A DNA stretch of 16,654 bases, from positions 1 to 16,654 of the forward strand of contig JBKPAK010000274.1 in the NCBI GenBank assembly GCA_046726415.1, written 5' to 3'. Shown piece after piece: positions 8,195 to 15,140 of this stretch. This stretch comes from Candidatus Methylomirabilota bacterium. Lineage in GTDB: Bacteria; Methylomirabilota; Methylomirabilia; Rokubacteriales; CSP1-6. Below the pieces are notes generated by a model. It saw only the letters and a list, made by a program, of their open reading frames with translations, had not been told where the DNA came from and made no database searches. Within the stretch, counting starts at the first letter, position 1; each line of letters begins with the position of its first letter. The position numbers and the translations under genes are program-made.

Positions 8195-9942
8195 GCGCAT
8201 CTAGCGTCGCGGCCCACGGGCACACCGCGCACGCCGAGCACCACGAGCTCGGCTTCTGGCGGACCTACATCTTCTCGACCGATCACAAGATGATCGGCCG
8301 CCAGTTCCTGTTCCTGGGGCTGCTCATGATGATCCTGGGCGGCCTGCTCGCCCTCGTCGTTCGCTGGCAGCTCGCCTGGCCGGAAACGCCCGTCCCCGGC
8401 CTGCAGCTTCTCCTTCCGGACACGGGCGGAGCCATCGACCCCGGCCAGTACAACATGGCCTTCACCATGCACGCCACCATCATGATCTTCTTCGTGATCA
8501 TGCCGATCCTGGCGGGAGGCTTCGGCAACTTCCTCATCCCCCTCATGATCGGGGCGCGCGATATGGCCTTTCCCTTCCTCAACATGCTGTCGTTCTGGGT
8601 GGCCATGGTGTCCGGCGTGCTCATGTTGGCCGGCTTCTTCGTGGAGGGCGGCCACGCGGCGGCAGGCTGGACATCCTACGCGCCCCTGTCGGCCGTGCCT
8701 TCCTATACGGGGACGAACTGGGGACAGAACCTCTGGTGCATCAGCCTCTTCGTCCTCGGCGTCTCGTCGATGATGGGGGCGATCAACTACATCACCACCG
8801 TCATCAACATGCGGGCCCCGGGCATGACGCTGTTCCGGATGCCCCTGGTGATCTGGTCTCTGTTCATCACCGCCATCCTGCTTCTGCTCGCCCTGCCCGT
8901 GCTGACCTCGGCGGTGGCCATGCTGCTCTTCGACCGTACCCTCGGCACCAGCTGGTTCCTGCCTTCGGGCGGGGGGGAGCCGCTGATGTGGCAGCATCTG
9001 TTCTGGTATTTCGGGCACCCCGAGGTCTACATTCTCATCCTGCCCGCCATGGGGATTGCGTCGGAGATCCTGCCGGTCTTCTCCCGCAAGCCGGTGTTCG
9101 GGTACCACGCGATGGCGTTCTCCATGATCGCCATCGCCTTCCTCTCCTGGGTCGTGTACGGCCACCACATGTTCGTGTCCGGAATGAATCCGGCCCTCGG
9201 CCTGTCGTTCATGATCACCACGATGATCATCGCGGTCCCGTCGGCCATCAAGACCTTCAATTGGCTGGGCACCCTGTGGGGCGGACGCATCCAGTTCACG
9301 GTGCCCATGCTCAACGGGCTTGCCTTCGTATCGATGTTCGTCATCGGCGGGCTCTCGGGCATCTTCATGGCCTCGGCCCCCGTGGACATCTACATCCAGG
9401 ACACGTACTTCATCGTGGCCCACATCCACTACGTGGTCTTCGGCGGCTCCATCTTTGGAGCCTTCGCCGGCATTTACTACTGGTTCCCCAAGATGTTCGG
9501 TCGCATGATGAACAACGCCCTCGGTCACCTGCACTTCTGGCTCACCTTCGTGTTCTTCAACCTCACCTTCTTCCCCATGCACATCATCGGGGTGGGGGGC
9601 CAGATGCGGCGCATCTACAACCCGCTGCAGTACGAGTTCCTGCAGCACCAGCAGCACTGGAACGTCATCATCACCATCAGCGCCATCTGCCTCGGTCTCT
9701 CGCAGATCCTCTTCGCCATCAACTTCGTGTGGAGCATCTTCGGAGGCAGGAAGGCGCCCCTGAATCCGTGGAATGCCAATACCCTCGAGTGGACGGCGCC
9801 CTCGCCGCCACCGCACCTCAACTGGGGACCAACGCTGCCCACGGTCTATCGCGGGCCATACGAATACAGCGCGCCCGAGGTGAAGGGTGACTTCCTGCCC
9901 CAGACCCAGCCGCTCACCCGCGCGGGGGCAGGACGGCACTGA
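8191..9942 (+). CDS. coxA: Cytochrome c oxidase subunit I, A1 family
   Basis: STDHKMIG, TMHATIM, GNFLIPLMIGARDMAFPFLN (D-channel), WYFGHPEVY (A1 signature), GHHMF, PSAIKTFNW (K-channel), VAHIHYV, MRRIY. ATGA overlap with coxB. Confidence 0.98.
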   Translation: MSASSVAAHGHTAHAEHHELGFWRTYIFSTDHKMIGRQFLFLGLLMMILGGLLALVVRWQLAWPETPVPGLQLLLPDTGGAIDPGQYNMAFTMHATIMIFFVIMPILAGGFGNFLIPLMIGARDMAFPFLNMLSFWVAMVSGVLMLAGFFVEGGHAAAGWTSYAPLSAVPSYTGTNWGQNLWCISLFVLGVSSMMGAINYITTVINMRAPGMTLFRMPLVIWSLFITAILLLLALPVLTSAVAMLLFDRTLGTSWFLPSGGGEPLMWQHLFWYFGHPEVYILILPAMGIASEILPVFSRKPVFGYHAMAFSMIAIAFLSWVVYGHHMFVSGMNPALGLSFMITTMIIAVPSAIKTFNWLGTLWGGRIQFTVPMLNGLAFVSMFVIGGLSGIFMASAPVDIYIQDTYFIVAHIHYVVFGGSIFGAFAGIYYWFPKMFGRMMNNALGHLHFWLTFVFFNLTFFPMHIIGVGGQMRRIYNPLQYEFLQHQQHWNVIITISAICLGLSQILFAINFVWSIFGGRKAPLNPWNANTLEWTAPSPPPHLNWGPTLPTVYRGPYEYSAPEVKGDFLPQTQPLTRAGAGRH

Positions 9943-9947
9943 ACGCG

Positions 9948-10889
9948 ATGGCGCAGGGGCTGGCCGTGGTCACCGCAGTGGCTACGCTGATCCTGATCCT
10001 GTTCGGGGGCCTCGTCACCAACACCGGCTCCGCCCTGGCCGTTCCCGACTGGCCGACGACCTTCGGACAGAACATGTTCCTGTACCCATGGTCGCAGATG
10101 GTCGGGGGCGTCTTCTACGAACACAGCCATCGCCTGATCGGAGCGGCAGTGGGGTTGCTCACGCTGGCCTTGGCCGCAGCGCTGTGGCCGGCCGGCTCAT
10201 GGCTGCGCGGACTCGGACTGGTGGCGGTGGCCGCCGTCTGCGTGCAAGGGCTGCTGGGCGGCTTGCGCGTCGTCCTCCTCAACGAGGCATTGGCCATCCT
10301 CCATGGCTGCCTGGCTCAGGCGTTCTTCGCGCTCATCGTGAGCATCGCGTTCTTGACGTCGCCGCATGCCGCCGCGGCGGTACGCGGCGTGGATGCGACA
10401 TCTCGCGCGCTGGCCATCGGGGCGGTGGCCCTAGTCTATCTCCAGATCGTGTTCGGAGCGTTCCTGACCCACGCCGGATGGCTCGATGTCCATATCGCGG
10501 GGGCGTTGCTGGTGTTCGCGGTGGTGCCCGCCGTGGTCGCTCGACTTTGGCGCTCCGGCGACCCGGTCGCTGGACCCGTCGCCCGGTTGCTTCTCCTGCT
10601 TCTTGGTGTCCAGCTCCTGCTCGGGGTCGGAAGCTATCTCTCGCTCTTCACGCCGATCTGGATTCTCGGCGGCCAGCTGACCATGCTCGCCATGCCCGTC
10701 GCGCACCGCCTCGTAGGCTCGTTGATCTTGGGCGCGACCGTTGTCCTCGCCGTGCGTGCGGGCCACGACTTTCATGGGCTCGCCGTGGCCGGCGGCGGCC
10801 CCAGCCCGGCGACGGCCTGCGGCTCGCACGACGTCGGCCCTGCGGGCGAGCCCGTGCCATCGCGTCTGGCGGCGAGGCTTTCCGGCTAG
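9948..10889 (+). CDS. ctaA: Heme A synthase (COX15/CtaA family)
   Basis: GGLVTNTGSALAVPDWP, EHSHRLIG, QGLLGGLRV, HGCLA, QIVFGAF, DVH, QLLLG, AHRLVG. About 8 TM segments. Confidence 0.9.
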   Translation: MAQGLAVVTAVATLILILFGGLVTNTGSALAVPDWPTTFGQNMFLYPWSQMVGGVFYEHSHRLIGAAVGLLTLALAAALWPAGSWLRGLGLVAVAAVCVQGLLGGLRVVLLNEALAILHGCLAQAFFALIVSIAFLTSPHAAAAVRGVDATSRALAIGAVALVYLQIVFGAFLTHAGWLDVHIAGALLVFAVVPAVVARLWRSGDPVAGPVARLLLLLLGVQLLLGVGSYLSLFTPIWILGGQLTMLAMPVAHRLVGSLILGATVVLAVRAGHDFHGLAVAGGGPSPATACGSHDVGPAGEPVPSRLAARLSG

Positions 10890-10892
10890 GTC

Positions 10893-11795
10893 ATGTCACC
10901 GCCAACTGAGATCGTCGTGGTGGCCCTAGCTCGCGATCGAGGTCGCGTGCTCGTCGACCTGCTGGCCTTGACCAAGCCGCGGGTGGTGTTGATGGTGCTC
11001 GTCGCCACCCTCGTCGGGTATTACGTCGGTCTGGCCGGACCGCCGGAGTACGCGCGAATGATTCACCTGATGATCGGAACGCTCCTGGCCGCAGGGGGCA
11101 CACTGGCCCTGAATCAGTACTGGGAACGTGAGGTCGACGCTCGCATGGAGCGCACGCGAGGCCGTCCACTCCCGGAGGGACGGTTGCAGCCACTGGAGGC
11201 GTTGGTCTTCGGTGGCGCGGTGACGCTGGCGGGCCTGGGGTACCTGGCCGCGTTCGTCAATCTTCTCGCGGCCACCATCACGGCGGCCACCACCGTGCTC
11301 TACCTGTTCGCCTATACGCCGCTGAAACTGAGGACGGCGCTCTGCACGATCGTCGGGGCGGTACCGGGCGCCGCCCCCCCGCTCACTGGCTGGGCGGCGG
11401 CGCGCGACGACCTCACCCTCGGCGCCTGGATCCTCTTCGGCATCATGTTCCTCTGGCAGCTTCCGCATACGCTGGCCATCGCGCGTCTCTACTGCGACGA
11501 CTACGCGCGAGCTGGTGTCCGCGTGTTGCCGGTGGTGGATGAAGGGGGCCGGATCACCGAGCGCCAGATCGTCACCGGGTGCCTGAGCCTGCTGGCGGCG
11601 AGCCTCTTGCCGACGGTGGTCGGGATGGCGGGCGCCGTCTATTTCGTGGGGGCGCTGGTGCTGGGCATCGCCTTCGCGATCCTGGGGACGATGCACGCGC
11701 TGGCACCCTCCACCCAGCGCGCGCGCTGGGTGATGCTCGCCTCCTGTCTGTATCTCCCGGCCCTGCTCGCCCTCCTCGCCTACGACAAGGTGTGA
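10893..11795 (+). CDS. ctaB: Protoheme IX farnesyltransferase (heme O synthase)
   Basis: LTKPRVV, LNQYWEREVDARMERTRGRPLPEGRL, YTPLK, GAVPGAAPPLTGWAA, FLWQLPH, DDYARAG. Confidence 0.96.
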   Translation: MSPPTEIVVVALARDRGRVLVDLLALTKPRVVLMVLVATLVGYYVGLAGPPEYARMIHLMIGTLLAAGGTLALNQYWEREVDARMERTRGRPLPEGRLQPLEALVFGGAVTLAGLGYLAAFVNLLAATITAATTVLYLFAYTPLKLRTALCTIVGAVPGAAPPLTGWAAARDDLTLGAWILFGIMFLWQLPHTLAIARLYCDDYARAGVRVLPVVDEGGRITERQIVTGCLSLLAASLLPTVVGMAGAVYFVGALVLGIAFAILGTMHALAPSTQRARWVMLASCLYLPALLALLAYDKV

Positions 11796-11935
11796 GCCCC
11801 GTGGCCCGCGCGCCGCGCCTCGTGGGTCCCTCCCGATCGAACCTCGGCGATCGGAACCGGAAGACGATGCGCGTATTGCTGGCCATCGCGCTGGGACTCG
11901 CGGCGGCGACCATCCTCGTCGGCGTCAGGTGGTGA
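11792..11935 (+). CDS. Small single-TM protein (~47 aa)
   Basis: GTG overlaps the ctaB stop (GTGA). Product (M)SPVARAPRLVGPSRSNLGDRNRKTMRVLLAIALGLAAATILVGVRW fills the ctaB-coxC gap exactly: basic patch then one TM. The start could be later (11801 or 11867). Confidence 0.55.
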   Translation: MSPVARAPRLVGPSRSNLGDRNRKTMRVLLAIALGLAAATILVGVRW

Positions 11936-11937
11936 CG

Positions 11938-12612
11938 ATGGCGACCGGCCTCCTGGACGCGCCGTCTCGCCGCCCAGTTCTTCGGCCGTCGAACGGCCGC
12001 GTGGGGCCGCCTCCGCCCCCGACGGACGGCGGCGACGATGGCGGGGAGCCGGCGCCCCGCCGGCCCCTCGACAATCTCCGGGTGGCGATCCTCTTCTTCA
12101 TCGCGGCCGAGTCGATGTTCTTCGCGGCGCTCATTTCAGCCCTGTTCGTCCTGCGCGCCAGTCTGCCGGTGTGGCCGCCGCCGCTGCAGCCGCGGTTGCC
12201 CATCGGGATCACCCTCGCCAACACCGCTCTCCTGCTGGCCTCGAGCGTGGCGCTCGTGCTCGCCGGCCGCGCTCTCTCGCAAGGCGACCGCGGCCGGATC
12301 GTCCGTTGGCTCACCGTGGCTGCCGTGCTGGGCGTCACTTTCCTGGCTGTCCAGGGATACGAGTGGGTCCGGCTGATTGGGCACGGGCTCACGATCTCGT
12401 CCAGCACCTACGGGACGACCTTTTACACGCTGATCGGTACCCACGCTCTACACGTGGCGGCAGCACTGGTGTGGCTCGTGGCCACCGCCGTCCTCACCGC
12501 GGCCGGGCGCGTCGGCCGCAGCCGTGGATCGCTCATCCGCGGCTGCACCCTCTACTGGCATTTCGTCGTAGCGCTGTGGTTGGTCCTCTTCGTGGCGGTA
12601 TATCTGGCATGA
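11938..12612 (+). CDS. coxC: Cytochrome c oxidase subunit III-like (short form), copy 1
   Basis: FFIAAESMFFAAL, ANTALLLASS, FLAVQGYEW, FYTLIGTHALHV, LYWHFV. ATG at 11938 follows AGGTGG (the track uses GTG 11929). Confidence 0.92.
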   Translation: MATGLLDAPSRRPVLRPSNGRVGPPPPPTDGGDDGGEPAPRRPLDNLRVAILFFIAAESMFFAALISALFVLRASLPVWPPPLQPRLPIGITLANTALLLASSVALVLAGRALSQGDRGRIVRWLTVAAVLGVTFLAVQGYEWVRLIGHGLTISSSTYGTTFYTLIGTHALHVAAALVWLVATAVLTAAGRVGRSRGSLIRGCTLYWHFVVALWLVLFVAVYLA

Positions 12613-12953
12613 AACGGGTCGCTGGGCTCACCGTCTGGGTCGTGCTCGCGCCGTGCGCCGCGTGGGCGTGTCCAGGCTGCGTGGCGGAAGCGTACGGCGA
12701 TCGGACGTTCGGCTGGGCCTATCTCAGCCTCTATCTGGCGCCCCTCTTCGTGGCGTGCGTCATCGCCGGCGTGCTCGCGTATCATTTCCGCGCACGAGGC
12801 CCCTCGGGGCTTCGGACGCGCGGATTCTCCTCGGTGCTCCGTCGCCGCTGGCGTGCGGGGTCCCGGTTCCGTACCGCAGCAACCCCTTTCGCGAAGATGG
12901 CCCCCGACGCTCGGCGCGAGCCCATGACAGTGGTCGACAAGGAGACGACATGA
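12609..12953 (+). CDS. Small exported/membrane protein with N-terminal CxxC (114 aa)
   Basis: ATGA overlaps at both ends (12609-12612 and 12950-12953). MKRVAGLTVWVVLAPCAAWA-CPGC…, followed by one TM helix and a basic tail. Confidence 0.7.
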   Translation: MKRVAGLTVWVVLAPCAAWACPGCVAEAYGDRTFGWAYLSLYLAPLFVACVIAGVLAYHFRARGPSGLRTRGFSSVLRRRWRAGSRFRTAATPFAKMAPDARREPMTVVDKETT

Positions 12954-13567
12954 GTCAGGTTGCGACGCTGCCCCCGGCCGTTGAGCCGGCCGAGTCGCCC
13001 CTCACCCCGGAAAGCTGGGGCAAGCTCGGCATGTGGGTCTTTCTCGTCGGCGACGCCGTCGGCTTCGGCGTCCTCCTCTCCGCCTACGGTGCCGCTCGCG
13101 CGAGCAGCAACGACTGGCCGATCCCGTACGACGTGCTCGGGATCAACCTGACGGCGGCCATGACCTTCCTCCTGATCTGCTCGAGCGTGACCATGGTGAA
13201 GGCCCTCGAATGGCTCGGGAACGGAGATCGGCAGCGTTGCCAGATCTTCCTGTTCCTCACCGCCCTCGGCGGGGCCATCTTCGTCTCGTGCCAGGCCTAT
13301 GAGTGGGGTCACCTCATCCACCGAGGGCTGCACATCGACGGCAATCCTTGGGGTGCGTCCCTCTTCGGGACGACGTTCTTCCTGATCACGGGGTTCCACG
13401 GCCTCCACGTGACGGTGGGCGTCATCTATCTGGTGACGATGATCCGGGTGGTGGCGCGACGGCTCGAGCCGGCGGCGAGCTACAACGCCGTGGAAATCAC
13501 GGGGCTGTACTGGCACTTCGTCGATCTCGTCTGGATCATGGTCTTCACGCTGATGTACTTGCTCTAA
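12950..13567 (+). CDS. coxC: Cytochrome c oxidase subunit III-like (short form), copy 2
   Basis: ATG at 12950 after AAGGAG (the track's 12653 start is too long). GKLGMWVFLVGDAVGF, TFLLICSSVTM, QAYEW, FFLITGFHGLHV, GLYWHFVDLVW. Confidence 0.94.
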   Translation: MSQVATLPPAVEPAESPLTPESWGKLGMWVFLVGDAVGFGVLLSAYGAARASSNDWPIPYDVLGINLTAAMTFLLICSSVTMVKALEWLGNGDRQRCQIFLFLTALGGAIFVSCQAYEWGHLIHRGLHIDGNPWGASLFGTTFFLITGFHGLHVTVGVIYLVTMIRVVARRLEPAASYNAVEITGLYWHFVDLVWIMVFTLMYLL

Positions 13568-13579
13568 GGAGACGACGCC

Positions 13580-13942
13580 ATGGCGGCTCCCGCGCACACC
13601 GCGTCGCAGCACGGGCGGACGCATCATCACCCGAACTACCTGATGATCTTCTGGTGGTTGGCCATCCTCACCGTACTGGAGATCGGCCTGATCTTCATGC
13701 CGATCCCGAAGATGACCATCAACGTGCTCCTGGGGGCGTTCGCCTTGGCCAAGGCCGCCCTGGTGGCCGCCTATTTCATGCATCTGCGCTTCGAGGTCAG
13801 GACCTTGGGGCTCATCGCGGTGACTCCGCTGGCCATCGCCATTCTCCTGATCTTCGTCATCCTTCCGGACTCCTTCGCGATCATCAAGCAGACCGAGAAG
13901 AAGAAGCCGGCTCCCGCAGCGACCGCGCCGGCCAAGCCCTGA
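13580..13942 (+). CDS. coxD: Cytochrome c oxidase subunit IV family (COX4_pro)
   Basis: AAGGAG RBS, three TM segments, LAILTVLE, AKAALVAAYFMHLRFE. Confidence 0.9.
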   Translation: MAAPAHTASQHGRTHHHPNYLMIFWWLAILTVLEIGLIFMPIPKMTINVLLGAFALAKAALVAAYFMHLRFEVRTLGLIAVTPLAIAILLIFVILPDSFAIIKQTEKKKPAPAATAPAKP

Positions 13943-13969
13943 TCAGGCCGAGCGCCATCGCAGTGGACC

Positions 13970-14353
13970 GTGGAGCGGGAGCGCCGAGGCTCGCACATCG
14001 CGCGTACGCTGAGGCGTGCGCTGGCGTTGCGCTGTCCCCGCTGTGGAGCGACCCCACTCTTCCCGCGCCGCGGTCCCTCGGGATGGTTCAGCATGGCGCC
14101 CTCGTGCGCGCTGTGCGGCCTCTCGTTCGAGCGCGCCCAGGGTTATTGGGTGGGCGCCATCTACCTCAACTACGCCGCGACGGTCGTGATCGCGCTCGGT
14201 GGGGCGCTCAGCCTGTGGGGCTTGGCCGGCATCTCCACGGCGGCCCAACTCTGGCTGTGGCTGCCCTTCGTGGGAATCTTCCCGCTCTGGTTCTTTCGCT
14301 ACAGCCGCAGCCTGTGGCTGGCGGTCGAGCTGTTGCTCAATCCCGAGCCCTGA
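13970..14353 (+). CDS. DUF983-like protein (Zn-ribbon plus two TM helices)
   Basis: RALALRCPRCGATPLF…CALCGLSFER..G followed by two hydrophobic helices. Confidence 0.8.
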   Translation: MERERRGSHIARTLRRALALRCPRCGATPLFPRRGPSGWFSMAPSCALCGLSFERAQGYWVGAIYLNYAATVVIALGGALSLWGLAGISTAAQLWLWLPFVGIFPLWFFRYSRSLWLAVELLLNPEP

Positions 14354-15114
14354 GCCGAGCCGCGCGCGGGCTCGGCGGCCTACTCGCCCTCGCCTCCCTC
14401 GTGGCCGGGACCCCGGCCGCGGCCTATACCGAAGTTCAGGTGTCCGACGGAGGCATCCTCTCGGGTGTGGTCCGCTTCACCGGGAGGGCGGTGCCGGTCG
14501 AGCCAACCCCCGTGGCCCGAAGCCATGCGATGTGCGGCGACCGGAAGCTGTCGTACGCCCTCGTGGTGGGGCCCGACCAGGGCGTGGCCGGGGGCGTGGT
14601 CCTCGTGCATGGAGTCACGCAGGGAAAGAAGAACCGCTTCGACGCCGTGCTGGACAGCCGCCAGTGCGGGTTTGCCCCTCGGGTGCTCGTCACCATGGCC
14701 GGCGCCCCGATGCGAGTGAAGAACTCCGACCCTATCGTGCACAGCGCCCGGGGGCTTCAGGGCAAGACGACGCTGTTTCACGTGGCCATCCCGGGGACGG
14801 GGCAGGAGGTCGACATCAGTCGGCGCTTGATCAAGCCGGGTGTCGTGCAGATCGTGTCCGATGCGTATCCGCACATGCGCGCCTGGATGATCGTCCACGA
14901 CAGCCCCTACATCACCGTGACCGACGCGCACGGGGCCTTTCGCATCGACGAGATCCCCCCGGGTTTCTATCGGGTCAGCCTCTGGCACGAGGGATTTCGG
15001 CGCCGGGGTACCGACCAGCGGGGGCACGCCATCTATGACGAACCGCGTACGGTGACGAAGATGGTCACGATCGCGCCGCGCGGCCTGGCCACGGTCGCCT
15101 TCGAGCTGAAGTAG
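14350..15114 (+). CDS. Secreted paralog of the 6728-7429 protein with a degenerate Cu site; start uncertain
   Basis: Signal-like GLLALASLVAGTPAAA-Y, then CG…, LDSRQCGFAPRV, KNSDPIVHS, SDAYPHMRAW, SPYITVTDAHG.FRIDEIPPG.Y…WHE, colinear with 6728-7429. In-frame start candidates: CTG 14350, GTG 14314, GTG 14401. Confidence 0.78.
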   Translation: MSRAARGLGGLLALASLVAGTPAAAYTEVQVSDGGILSGVVRFTGRAVPVEPTPVARSHAMCGDRKLSYALVVGPDQGVAGGVVLVHGVTQGKKNRFDAVLDSRQCGFAPRVLVTMAGAPMRVKNSDPIVHSARGLQGKTTLFHVAIPGTGQEVDISRRLIKPGVVQIVSDAYPHMRAWMIVHDSPYITVTDAHGAFRIDEIPPGFYRVSLWHEGFRRRGTDQRGHAIYDEPRTVTKMVTIAPRGLATVAFELK

Positions 15115-15140
15115 CGATGCCGTTCGCGAGGGAGGAGCGC

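Noticed and set aside
8086..9939. 617-aa minus-strand ORF, and similar long antisense ORFs at 2705-3697, 4609-5886, 6563-8200, 12782-13783 and 15033-16352
   Set aside because: They are shadows of well-supported genes on the opposite strand, expected in high-GC codon-biased DNA, and show no recognisable motifs.
8191..9942. Nitric oxide reductase or quinol oxidase interpretation of the heme-copper enzyme
   Set aside because: The HPEVY cross-link Tyr, D- and K-channel residues and an intact CuA motif in subunit II indicate an A1 cytochrome c oxidase.
11833..11854. Inverted repeat CCGATCG-N8-CGATCGG
   Set aside because: Short, built from a self-palindromic hexamer, inside a probable small ORF, and plausible by chance at this GC content.
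12171..12949. Long upstream starts for the ORFs at 12171 and 12653 (likewise 3561 and 11579)
   Set aside because: Better starts with an RBS or stop/start coupling exist at 12609, 12950, 3648 and 11792.
13303..14349. N-terminal extension making a 603-aa ORF (13303-15114)
   Set aside because: It overlaps coxC, coxD and DUF983 in another frame with low-complexity Arg/Gly/Pro sequence; similarity to the paralog begins only after ~14350.
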